From Gemmatimonadaceae bacterium (GTDB taxonomy: Bacteria > Gemmatimonadota > Gemmatimonadetes > Gemmatimonadales > Gemmatimonadaceae), in assembly GCA_044224875.1 (NCBI GenBank), contig JBGAJQ010000023.1, forward strand, positions 1,060-65,059: a stretch of DNA of 64,000 bases, in the 5' to 3' direction. The position numbers were made by a program, and so were the translations under genes. Shown piece by piece: positions 1-8,506 of this stretch (positions are counted from its first letter, which is position 1; each line of letters opens with the position of its first letter). The notes beneath the pieces are model-generated. The model saw nothing but the letters and a program-made list of their open reading frames with translations. It was not told where the DNA came from and did not search any database.

Positions 1-1190
1 GAGTCGGGGAAGATCTGCGCGGTGTTGGTGCGACAGGCCGGCGGCGGACAGCGCGATTCCCAGTACAGCGAACCCAGCTCCTCGGCCACGATGCTCATCC
101 CCTCGTCGATCCATGAGGCACCATCGCTACCCCCGTTGATCACGACGTGCTGCGAATAGTTGATGAGATGCTGCAACTCGTGCAGGAAGGTCGCCGGGAT
201 GTCCTGGCCCAGACCGTCCACCGTGTGGGCGCAGCTGACGGTTCCGGCGGGGTCTGGCACGATGGAATAGAAGATCTCGCCCTGGTTGGAGTTGGGGTCG
301 GAGGCGCCGTTGAAATCGTCCGACATGAAGAACCCGCCAACAAAGCCCTGCGTGGAGCATGTCGACGCGGGGGTGTCGGCGTTCACTACGGGCGACATGA
401 GCATGACCACGCGTCCGTTGCCATCCACGTCCGATGGCGCCCCGAACGCATCGACCGCGATCGCATACAACGTCTGGTCGAAGTAGTCGCCAAAGTGTTG
501 GAGCTGATCGCTCGTGAATCCATTGGCCGGGGCGAGCGTATCGACGTACACCAGGACGCTGGCACCGGCATACGCCAGACGAGCGCCCACCACCTTGAAC
601 GCGCCGCTGCTCAGGTTGGACAGCACGTGAAAGGCCCGAACCGAACCCACGGCAGGCACCACCGCGGCCGTTGGCAGCAGGTCGAGCATTGGGTGAAGGA
701 TGGAGCGGTGTCCGGCCAAGGCCAGTCGCTGGCGCGCGCGCTGTCGGAGGGCCAGGTCGAAGGCCATCTGTGCGCGATTGGGGCGAGAGGGAGGCAACAC
801 ACCGGCTCCCGTGGACTCCACAGCGCCAAGGTGCGAGAGGTTGCGGCTGGCGAGCGCACTCGCACGGGAGACGATGGAAGCTGCCCCGCCACCACCGGTG
901 AACATTCGATACGAGATCAATTGGTTCACGCCCGTACCGGTCGCGAACTCGGGCACCACGATGTAACTCGCTCCACTGCCGGCCAAGGTGACCGTCGTTC
1001 CGCCGTTGCCGCAGTCGATGCGAGTCGACTGCAGTGCGGGAATCGTCACGGCTTCCGCACCGATACAGGGGTTCTTCGTCAAGGAGACTGGCGGGTTGGT
1101 ACCCATGTCGTTGCTCCAGCATCCCGACACGAGGGCCGACAGCAGCGCGGCGCCCAATGTGAAACGGAAGCGTTGAGTTCGTGAAGGCAT
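1..1190 (-). CDS. putative exported zinc metallopeptidase lipoprotein (HExxH); C-terminus cut by the window edge
   Basis: Missing from the supplied ORF track because it has no stop inside the window. The minus-strand frame opens with ATG at 1190-1188 and stays open to base 1 (about 396 codons). N-terminus is MPSRTQRFRFTLGAALLSALVSGCWSN (signal peptide plus lipobox Cys). Later comes ATFLHELQHLINYSQH, with HELQH encoded at 168-182. Third codon positions are G/C-rich in this frame. The two listed ORFs here (127..1260 minus, 147..1184 plus) translate to Arg/Gly/Pro-rich shadow sequence. Confidence 0.6.
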   Translation of the reverse strand, partial: MPSRTQRFRFTLGAALLSALVSGCWSNDMGTNPPVSLTKNPCIGAEAVTIPALQSTRIDCGNGGTTVTLAGSGASYIVVPEFATGTGVNQLISYRMFTGGGGAASIVSRASALASRNLSHLGAVESTGAGVLPPSRPNRAQMAFDLALRQRARQRLALAGHRSILHPMLDLLPTAAVVPAVGSVRAFHVLSNLSSGAFKVVGARLAYAGASVLVYVDTLAPANGFTSDQLQHFGDYFDQTLYAIAVDAFGAPSDVDGNGRVVMLMSPVVNADTPASTCSTQGFVGGFFMSDDFNGASDPNSNQGEIFYSIVPDPAGTVSCAHTVDGLGQDIPATFLHELQHLINYSQHVVINGGSDGASWIDEGMSIVAEELGSLYWESRCPPPACRTNTAQIFPD

Positions 1191-1325
1191 GATGGCGTAG
1201 GTTTGCGTGCCCGTCTTCGTGCGAAGCGACTCGATTCAAGTGAACACACGTCGCCGGCATCCCCCTCTGTCAGCGCGAGAGCGCCACCCGGAGGTGGCGC
1301 CCTCATCTGTCATTTCGATGCAGCG

Positions 1326-1664
1326 CTACGGCACGACGAGGCCCACGTGATCGCCGTTGCGCACTTCAATGAAGCCGCTTTCCTGCTCAACTCCTCCCTT
1401 CGGGTGAACGAAGAAGTCGATCGTGGCGCCGCCCGCAACCATGAGATCGGGAATACGGAGCGTCACCACGCTGTCCGGCGGAACGATGCCGAGCTTGAAC
1501 TCGCCGACATCATCTTGTGCGTATACGGTGACGGGCTGCGGGCGATCGTTCTGGATCAACACGACGGTCATGGCCGAAGAATCGGGCATGGCCGAACGCG
1601 GATGATGATGCGATGGAACTCCCGCCAGAAATGGCAGGGTGATCAGTGCCAGAATGCTGCTCAT
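1326..1664 (-). CDS. small secreted hypothetical protein
   Basis: 112-aa ORF with an N-terminal hydrophobic leader (MSSILALITLPFLAGVP), a His-rich stretch, and normal non-shadow composition. No family recognised. Confidence 0.55.
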   Translation of the reverse strand: MSSILALITLPFLAGVPSHHHPRSAMPDSSAMTVVLIQNDRPQPVTVYAQDDVGEFKLGIVPPDSVVTLRIPDLMVAGGATIDFFVHPKGGVEQESGFIEVRNGDHVGLVVP

Positions 1665-2044
1665 GGTGCGCTCCCTTGCTCGACGCGACTGGCGTCATTT
1701 GCGTTGTTCGCCCGTTCGCGGGCGAGTCGGACGGTCGTGTGGAACACGCCGGCATGGCCATCGAAGCGGCGAGACCTGCGATTCACGCCAGCGACCACTC
1801 GGGAGGGTGTGATCGCTCGGGCGAACCCTCGCGTCACTTCGACCATTCGACGACGGCGATCTTCAGTCGTTAGGTTCGCCACCGACCGTTCATCTGCCAT
1901 TGAGGTTGGCGCCCTGGAACGATGGAAGCGGACGACCGACGACGTCTGTAGGCGCGCGGCTTCGTCAGCTGACATGAGGGTTGCAGCTGAAGGGTGCGCA
2001 GGAGCGCCTCGCCGCCCATCGGTCCCACGTCCGCCATGGAACAC
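1661..2044 (-). CDS. possible small Arg-rich hypothetical protein (start uncertain)
   Basis: Its TGA stop overlaps the ATG of the downstream gene 1326..1664 as ATGA, an arrangement typical of translational coupling. Third-position GC is only moderate and no family is recognised. Internal Met codons could be the true start. Confidence 0.3.
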   Translation of the reverse strand: MFHGGRGTDGRRGAPAHPSAATLMSADEAARLQTSSVVRFHRSRAPTSMADERSVANLTTEDRRRRMVEVTRGFARAITPSRVVAGVNRRSRRFDGHAGVFHTTVRLARERANNANDASRVEQGSAP

Positions 2045-2178
2045 TCCCTGGCGCTACGCCTACAATGATGCCCGGTCGAAGGCTCCAACCGCCGATTCGT
2101 CCGTCCACCGGCGTCGCCCCTACCCCACCCCTCCACCCCTAGCCATCTTCATGTTCCGGCGAGTACGTCGCCGCCGAC

Positions 2179-3801
2179 TTGCCGATGCCCGCCATGCCTG
2201 AAATGTTCGTGTCCAGAAGCCTAAGTCGCACAATCACTTCCGCACTTTGTCGCGTGGCGCTCGTGCTGCTGGTCCTCGCGCCCCTTGCCGCCTCGGCGCA
2301 GGCAAAGCCGCGCCGGCCACCGGCTAAGGCTCCCGCAAAAGCAGCCAAGACGTCTGCGGCCGACTCCGCAAAGAAGGTCGCCGAGCCCGTGTCGCCAGCG
2401 CCCGAGCCGGCACCGCCGATGGCCACCGTCACCGGCGTGGTGATCGACAGTGTCCATGCCACCTTCCTGCGCGGCGCGTCGGTGTCGCTGGAAGGCACCA
2501 CGATGATGCGCCTCACCAACGAGCAGGGACGATTCCAGATCGACTCCATCCCGCCGGGTACGTACCAGGTCCGGGTGGACCACGAACTCCTGGACTCGTT
2601 AGGTCTGCAGATGCTGAGCGCGCCGCTCACACTCGCCGACAAGGAGAGCAAGGAAGTCTCCCTGGCTGTCCCGTCAGGCGAAACCTTGGTGACCCTGTCG
2701 TGCCCGTCGGCGCGACGGGCCTTGGGACCGTCGGCGATCATTGGCCGCTTGCTGGACGCTGACACCGACACTCCCGTGGACAGCGCCCGCGTGTCGTTCG
2801 CCTGGTCCGAGCTCTCGCTGCAGTCGCTCCGACGCGTGCCCAAAGTGCGCGACGCGCAGACCGGCAAGGACGGCGTCTTTCGTATCTGTGGGCTTCCCAG
2901 CGAACTGGAAGGCGGCACCCTGCAGGCGTCCAAGAGCGGCGTGCTGACCTCCGAGGTCCGTGTGAACATCCAGTCACAGGCGCTGGTGATTCAGGGGCTC
3001 CGCATTGGAAACACGAGCACGGTAACGAAGGCAGAGTCGGACAGCGCCGCCAAGCGAGCCCGTGAAGCAACCACCGGGCCGACGTTCAGCGCCGTGACGG
3101 TTCAACGCGGCAACGCCGAACTCACGGGACGCGTCCTGAATGCCAACGGCAATCCAGTGGTCGGTGCCCGCGTGGACGTCGTGGGCACGCCAGGTGCAAC
3201 ACTCACCCGTGCCAACGGTGAGTTTGCCCTCTCCGGGCTGCCATCCGGCACGCAGTCACTCGTCGTCCGCCAGCTGGGCTACGAACCGGTCGAGCAGGCG
3301 ATCGAGCTGTCGACGCGAGCCCCCGCCAAGGTCACGGTGGTCATGACAAAGCCGGCGCAGGTCCTGGCCCCCGTCGTCGTGACGGCGGAAGCTGAGGCTG
3401 GGCTGGACCGCGTCGGCTTCTCCCAGCGAAAGAAGTCCACCGGCGGCACCTTCATCACGGGCGACGACGTCATGAAGCGGGCACCCAACATGCTCTCGGA
3501 CGTCTTCCGCACGGTGCCTGGCCTCCGCGTTGTACCCGTCGGAAACGACTACCAGATCGAGAGTTCGCGCAACGTCATCGGCGGATGCGTGAAGTACTGG
3601 GTAGACGGCGCTCCGTGGGAGGCCCTGTATCCCGGCGACGTCGACCGGCTCTATCCACCCCAGGAAATCGCCGGCATCGAGGTTTACCAGGGTGGATCCA
3701 ACGTGCCGGCGCAATTCCAGATGGCAGGACAAAGCTCCTGCGCGGCCGTTGTCATCTGGTCGCGGACCCGAACGGAGCGAATGCCTAACAGAAAGCGTTA
3801 G
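2179..3801 (+). CDS. CarboxypepD_reg-like repeat protein with C-terminal TonB-dependent-receptor plug-like domain
   Basis: 540-aa ORF with a signal peptide (ALVLLVLAPLAASAQA). It has repeated TGVV.D....L.GA.V.L......T...G.F.....P.G.Y motifs typical of carboxypeptidase regulatory-like domains. The C-terminal region (FITGDDVMKRAPNMLSDVFRTVPGLRV) resembles a TonB plug. The listed start is TTG; ATG alternatives are at 2185, 2194 and 2203. Confidence 0.7.
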   Translation: MPMPAMPEMFVSRSLSRTITSALCRVALVLLVLAPLAASAQAKPRRPPAKAPAKAAKTSAADSAKKVAEPVSPAPEPAPPMATVTGVVIDSVHATFLRGASVSLEGTTMMRLTNEQGRFQIDSIPPGTYQVRVDHELLDSLGLQMLSAPLTLADKESKEVSLAVPSGETLVTLSCPSARRALGPSAIIGRLLDADTDTPVDSARVSFAWSELSLQSLRRVPKVRDAQTGKDGVFRICGLPSELEGGTLQASKSGVLTSEVRVNIQSQALVIQGLRIGNTSTVTKAESDSAAKRAREATTGPTFSAVTVQRGNAELTGRVLNANGNPVVGARVDVVGTPGATLTRANGEFALSGLPSGTQSLVVRQLGYEPVEQAIELSTRAPAKVTVVMTKPAQVLAPVVVTAEAEAGLDRVGFSQRKKSTGGTFITGDDVMKRAPNMLSDVFRTVPGLRVVPVGNDYQIESSRNVIGGCVKYWVDGAPWEALYPGDVDRLYPPQEIAGIEVYQGGSNVPAQFQMAGQSSCAAVVIWSRTRTERMPNRKR

Positions 3802-3803
3802 GC
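3783..3803. repeat. inverted pair of the GTTAGG-core motif (GCCTAAC-N7-GTTAGGC) forming a 7-bp stem hairpin over the stop codon
   Basis: Read directly: GCCTAAC at 3783-3789, loop AGAAAGC, GTTAGGC at 3797-3803. The TAG stop of the 2179..3801 gene is 3799-3801, inside the right arm. The pair lies between convergent genes. Confidence 0.8.
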
Positions 3804-3808
3804 TCGAC

Positions 3809-4123
3809 TCAGGGCGTCTTCGGTGGCACGTCGTGGAAGTCGGTCTTGCCTTCACGAAAGTCGTAGACGCAAGACACCGGGTGTGCCGGAGTTCCTTCTT
3901 TTTCGACCGTCAGGGCAACCTCGTAACGGCCCGCACCCTTGAACTCCGCCTCGCCGATCTGGAGCACCGTCAGTCCCCCTGCCCGCGCATCGGCGAGGCA
4001 CTCACGCCGCGCCTCGCGCCGGCCCCCCGACGTGCTCTTCACGTACGTAATGCAGCCACCCGTCAGTACCAGAAGCGCCACGAACAACGGCCGCCGAATC
4101 ATGCCTCGCACTGAGACTCTCAT
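3809..4123 (-). CDS. small lipoprotein, hypothetical
   Basis: 104 aa with leader RRPLFVALLVLTGGC (lipobox). Its ATG overlaps the TGA of the upstream CDF gene as ATGA at 4120-4123. Confidence 0.6.
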   Translation of the reverse strand: MRVSVRGMIRRPLFVALLVLTGGCITYVKSTSGGRREARRECLADARAGGLTVLQIGEAEFKGAGRYEVALTVEKEGTPAHPVSCVYDFREGKTDFHDVPPKTP

Positions 4124-5016
4124 ACTGGTGTCTCCGCCGTCGCTGACGCAAAAGGCTCCATGTGGACGAGCACGCCGGCCACCGGAGGAACGGCAGCTCG
4201 AATGCTCGATTTTACCTTGCCGCTGACAATGTGGGCGTCGTGGAGCGACATGTCGGCATCGGCCTGGACGTGCAGGTCAACGTAGAGTTTCGTTCCGTGA
4301 CGCCTGACGCGGAGTTTTTCCACCGATCGCACGTCAGGGACAGCCAGGGCGGCGAGTTCCATGCGTGAACACACGTCGGCATCCGGTGCACGATCCATGA
4401 GGTCCCCGATCGCCGGCCGCAACAGCTGGATACCATTGAAGGCAATGACCGCGGCCGCCACGAGTGCCGCCCAGTCATCGGCGGCCTCCCAACCGGCGCC
4501 CTTCCACAGGGCGACACTGATGCCGATGAATGCCGCCAACGAAGTGATCGCGTCACTCCGATGGTGCCATGCATCCGCGCGCACCGCCGTGCTTCCCGTT
4601 TCGTCCGCCACATCGAAGATCTTTCGAAACATCGTCTCCTTCACCACCACCACGCCAACCAGAATCATCAACGTGAACGGCGCTGGGGCATGGTGCGGTA
4701 TGCGAATCTCGCGCACGGCCTGGATCACGATGCCGATGGCGGCACCACAGAGCAGCAACGCCACCATGGCAGCTGCAACAGACTCCGCCTTTCCGTAGCC
4801 CCAGGGGTACTCGTCGTCAGCTTCACGCGAAGCAATGCGCAGACCGCCCCAGACGATAGCCGAGGAGAAGATGTCGGCGGTGGACTCTACGGCATCGGCA
4901 ATCAACGCATACGAATTCCCGAGCACGCCAGCCACGAGCTTGATCGCGGCCAGCAGTGTATTGGCGAGGAAGCCGACTTGAGCGGCGCGAATGCCGCGTC
5001 GATTGGCGTCGGTCAT
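4120..5016 (-). CDS. cation diffusion facilitator (CDF) family metal efflux transporter
   Basis: 298 aa. N-terminal AAQVGFLANTLLAAIKLVAGVLGNSYALIADAVESTADIFSS and later HHRSDAITS and DLHVQ segments match the CDF/FieF-type architecture (six TM segments plus a cytoplasmic domain). Confidence 0.9.
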   Translation of the reverse strand: MTDANRRGIRAAQVGFLANTLLAAIKLVAGVLGNSYALIADAVESTADIFSSAIVWGGLRIASREADDEYPWGYGKAESVAAAMVALLLCGAAIGIVIQAVREIRIPHHAPAPFTLMILVGVVVVKETMFRKIFDVADETGSTAVRADAWHHRSDAITSLAAFIGISVALWKGAGWEAADDWAALVAAAVIAFNGIQLLRPAIGDLMDRAPDADVCSRMELAALAVPDVRSVEKLRVRRHGTKLYVDLHVQADADMSLHDAHIVSGKVKSSIRAAVPPVAGVLVHMEPFASATAETPV

Positions 5017-5312
5017 GGGGTGTCGGGGACGAGCCGTGCGGTTGCCGAGACCAAGAATCTACTCGACCGAGCCAGAAGGCGGGCGATGGGTCGCGCTCGT
5101 CCCATACCCCATGCATCGATCCATCACCGAATTCAGCCAGCGCCCCACCCGAAGCGTCGACCCCGACGGTTCGTCAACGCCGGTCGCGCACCGCACGCTG
5201 GGTGAATGCGCGTCGCGTGCGTGTGATGCACCTGCTCAAACGGTCGAGGAGCCGCAGTCACGGCCCCTCGTCGCATTACCACCTGGTCCTGCGGCGAGGG
5301 CTTATCTCAAGC

Positions 5313-8000
5313 TCATTCGCTGCGCAGCACGCGCGCTGGGTCGGTCCGCGCCGCCTGTCGGGCTGGGAGAAGACTCGCAGTGACCGCCGCCAGCAGCAGA
5401 ATTCCCGCCACACCGGCGAAGATTGCTGGGTCACGCGGTGACGTCTCGAAGAGCAGCGTGGCCATGAACGGGGTGCTCACGAAGGCGAGCACGAGGCCGG
5501 TGATGACACCCACGCTCGTCGTCCGCACGCCGTGGCCAACTACGTCCTTCAGGACGTGTAGTCGCCGGGCACCTAACGCCATGCGCACCCCAATCTCGCG
5601 GCGTCGTTGGGTCACGTCGTATGCTACCACACTGTAGGTCCCGACAATCGCCACGACGAACGCCAGCAGACCGAAGATGCTGAACATGGTAGCCCCGAGT
5701 CGCCACGTTCGGAGTTCCGGCTCCATGACCTCATTCATGGTGCGGACGTCGGTGTAGGGCAGCGCCGAAGACATCTCGGCGAGCACGCGTCGAATGGGCG
5801 CCACAGCGGCTTCCGGACTACCAGCCACTCGCACGAACATCACGCGCATGTCGGGTGCCCATTGCGCGAGGGGCAAGAAGTACTGGGGTTCCGGAGGCTG
5901 GCTGATCGTCGTGACACGCGCGTTGGCCACGACTCCAACGATCGTCGAACAAGGCGCCGTATCTGCCGAGATGCGAAAGCACCTGCCTAACGCATCCTGG
6001 TTTGGCCAGACGGCGCGAGCCATGGCATCGTTGATGATCACAACCGGGGTGCTTCCCTTGACGTCGGCCTCGGTAAACGCACGGCCACGCAGGATACGTG
6101 TCCCCGCCGTCGCGAAGTAGTCTGGAGCGACGCCATTGCTGTAGGGCCCGCCGCCCTTGAGCGGCGGCAGCTTACCGCTCTCCGGCAAGTAGATGTCATC
6201 CTGCCACTGCGATTCAAACGGCGTCGTCACACTCTGGCTTGCGCTGGTCACTCCCGGCAATGCGCGCACGCGTTCAACGGCCGTCCGCCAGCTCTCCTCG
6301 TAGGCCTCCGTTGTCTTGGAGATCACACTGAGCTCGGGGCGGGCAACGAGCAGGTGTTCCGTTGTCATGCCCAGGTCCAGCGTCGTCGCACGACGGAATG
6401 ACATGGCAAAGAGCCCAGCCCCAACGAGCAAGGACACGGAAAGGGCCGCCTGCGTGATGATGAGCGTGGACCGCAGGCGCGATCGCCGTCCCCCACCCTC
6501 CCTCGCCCCAGCCTTGAGCGACTCGGTGAGATTGGCGCGAGTCGAGGTGAGAGCCGGTGCAAGGCCCGCCAGCACGCCTGTCACGGCGATCACGGCAGCG
6601 GTAAACAAGGCGATCCTCCCGTCGACGGGTGCGCCCTCCCACGCCATGTCTCGCAGCAGGGTGGAACGAAGCGCCAGAGATCCCCAATACGCGATCAGAA
6701 GCGCCGCCACGCCACCAAGTGCCGACAGGGTCGTCGACTCGGCAAGCAGCTGCAGGATCAACCGACGACGCGCGACACCCAGTGCCAGTCGGACGGCAAG
6801 CTCGCGACGCCGGCGGGTCGCGCGGGCCAGTAGCAGATTGGCCACGTTGGCGCATGCAATGAGCAACACGATGCCCGACACTGCCGACAGCCACAACGCG
6901 ACCTTGGCTTGTGTCGAACTCTCCGGGCCACGCGATTGGATCATCGAGCCGGCGATGACGCTGACCGTGGAGTCGCCCTTTTTCACGCTGCGCCCGAACT
7001 GTTGATGGGCAACGGTCGCGGCGCCGCTGGCACTCGCGGCACTCACGCCCGGCCGGCGATGGGCCACCATCTCCAGCCACCGCATGTCATTTGTGGTGCG
7101 CCACTTGGGGCTGGCTTGCGTCGGCGCCGCCACTGCGAACGGCACAAACACGTCGGCAGCCAGGTTGCGGGGCCCCGTGAAGCCTCGTGGGGTCACGCCC
7201 ACCACCACATAGGAGATCATGTTCAGTTCCAGCGACTTGCCTAACGCGGCCTGCGCACTCCCAAACTCCCGGTCGGCGAAGCCACCAGAGATCACCGCCG
7301 TGTTCACGGCGGGCTGGCTCCAATCGTCCGGCGTGAAGTACCGTCCGGCAATCGGCTGCACGCCAAGCATCGAGAAGAGGTTCGGCGTCACCATCATCCC
7401 TTCTACTCTCCGCGCTTCTGCACCGCGGCCTAGCGAGGCGGCATTACGCCACCAGGCCGCCACGTCGTCGAAGACATCGTGCCGCGCGCGAAGATTCTCA
7501 AATGCCGGGTACGAAGCGCTCCGATACGTCACGAGGCCAAATTCCGGCGTCTGCCTTTGGAAGTAGATGAGCGACAGCCGACCGTCGTCCTTCACGTGGG
7601 GAGCGGGCTGCAGCAGTAGTCGATCCACAACGCCAAACATTGTCGCGTTCGCGCCAATCCCAAGTGCGAACGTCAGCGCGACCATCGCCGTGAAGCCTGG
7701 CTCGCGAAAGAGCCCACGCACTGCCTGCCACAGGTCGGTGCCCACGTCTCGCCAGCGCTCGATGCGTACCTCTCGGCTCACACGATCGCGGTCGATGGCA
7801 CCAAGCGAGGCGCGTACCCGTTCGACATCGCCAAACCGACGCCTGGCTTCCAGACGCGCGGCAGTTGGCTCAAGGCCGGACGCGATCAACTCCCTCGTCG
7901 TGGCCTCCAAGTGAAACGCAATCTCGTCATCCACTTCGCGCTCGACGGCGGGACGCCGTGTGGCGAGTCGAAAGAGACGCTGAAATCGGGAGGAGCTCAT
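5313..8000 (-). CDS. ADOP-family (duplicated MacB/FtsX-like) ABC permease without adjacent ATPase
   Basis: The listed ORF is 5313..8276, but its first 92 codons overlap padR. The ATG at 8000 lies 9 nt downstream of the padR stop and gives MSSSRFQRLFRLATRRPAVEREVDDEIAFHLE, the typical ADOP N-terminus. Two FtsX-like halves are present, each with a large periplasmic loop, giving 896 aa. Confidence 0.85.
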   Translation of the reverse strand: MSSSRFQRLFRLATRRPAVEREVDDEIAFHLEATTRELIASGLEPTAARLEARRRFGDVERVRASLGAIDRDRVSREVRIERWRDVGTDLWQAVRGLFREPGFTAMVALTFALGIGANATMFGVVDRLLLQPAPHVKDDGRLSLIYFQRQTPEFGLVTYRSASYPAFENLRARHDVFDDVAAWWRNAASLGRGAEARRVEGMMVTPNLFSMLGVQPIAGRYFTPDDWSQPAVNTAVISGGFADREFGSAQAALGKSLELNMISYVVVGVTPRGFTGPRNLAADVFVPFAVAAPTQASPKWRTTNDMRWLEMVAHRRPGVSAASASGAATVAHQQFGRSVKKGDSTVSVIAGSMIQSRGPESSTQAKVALWLSAVSGIVLLIACANVANLLLARATRRRRELAVRLALGVARRRLILQLLAESTTLSALGGVAALLIAYWGSLALRSTLLRDMAWEGAPVDGRIALFTAAVIAVTGVLAGLAPALTSTRANLTESLKAGAREGGGRRSRLRSTLIITQAALSVSLLVGAGLFAMSFRRATTLDLGMTTEHLLVARPELSVISKTTEAYEESWRTAVERVRALPGVTSASQSVTTPFESQWQDDIYLPESGKLPPLKGGGPYSNGVAPDYFATAGTRILRGRAFTEADVKGSTPVVIINDAMARAVWPNQDALGRCFRISADTAPCSTIVGVVANARVTTISQPPEPQYFLPLAQWAPDMRVMFVRVAGSPEAAVAPIRRVLAEMSSALPYTDVRTMNEVMEPELRTWRLGATMFSIFGLLAFVVAIVGTYSVVAYDVTQRRREIGVRMALGARRLHVLKDVVGHGVRTTSVGVITGLVLAFVSTPFMATLLFETSPRDPAIFAGVAGILLLAAVTASLLPARQAARTDPARVLRSE

Positions 8001-8008
8001 CGGCAGCC

Positions 8009-8347
8009 TCACACTGCTTGAAGGACCCGTGCGACCGCAGCTGCATAACGAGTCCACTGCTCGGTGCGCCGTCGTAGTTCGGTGCGCCCCCCGGACGTCA
8101 TGGCATACAGCTTCACGCGCCGGTTCTCGTCGTTGACACCCCATTCCGAGGACAGCCAACCGCGATGCTCCATGCGATGGAGGGCGGTATACAGGGCGCC
8201 ATCGTCGATCGAGAGCTCCTCTTTCGTGGTCTCTCGTATCCACCGGGCCACGGCGTATCCATGTCGTGGTCCCCAAATCAGGGACTTCAGCACCAGTACG
8301 TCGAGCGTGCCTTGGAGCAGTTCCAGGTTGCTAGCAGATGGCGACAT
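8009..8347 (-). CDS. PadR family transcriptional regulator
   Basis: 112 aa. LDVLVLKSLIWGPRHGYAVARWIRE...DDGALYTALHRMEHRGWLSSEW is the PadR winged-helix signature. It lies directly upstream of the ADOP permease, a pairing that recurs in Acidobacteria and Gemmatimonadetes. Confidence 0.9.
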   Translation of the reverse strand: MSPSASNLELLQGTLDVLVLKSLIWGPRHGYAVARWIRETTKEELSIDDGALYTALHRMEHRGWLSSEWGVNDENRRVKLYAMTSGGRTELRRRTEQWTRYAAAVARVLQAV

Positions 8348-8373
8348 CGGGATGATGATCTCGCGGTGAATTG

Positions 8374-8455
8374 ACCCTTAGATGTTGAGGGTACGAAACG
8401 CAGCAGCGCGAGTTTCAGGTACTGTCGCGGCCCCTACCCTCAAGTGTTCAGGGTA
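8374..8455. promoter_or_regulatory. two operator-like inverted repeats ACCCT-N9-AGGGT upstream of padR
   Basis: Site 1 is ACCCT TAGATGTTG AGGGT at 8374-8392. Site 2 is TACCCT CAAGTGTTC AGGGTA at 8435-8455. Both have the same arms, the same 9-nt spacer length and similar spacers. They lie 27 to 108 nt upstream of the padR ATG (8347). Confidence 0.45.
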
Positions 8456-8506
8456 ACCCGCAGGCCCAAGACCAGTCAAGGTGCTCGAGCCCGCGGGGCA
8501 CGGTCC

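Noticed and set aside
127-1260. 377-aa minus ORF and the overlapping 345-aa plus ORF (147..1184) listed in the track.
   Set aside because: Both translate to Arg/Gly/Pro/His-rich low-complexity sequence. The third minus frame encodes a coherent lipoprotein with an HExxH motif and G/C-rich third positions. These are shadow ORFs typical of high-GC DNA.
8001-8276. N-terminal 92 codons of the listed 987-aa ADOP ORF.
   Set aside because: The extension overlaps the padR coding region in another frame and has shadow-type composition. The ATG at 8000 gives the characteristic ADOP N-terminus just after the padR stop.
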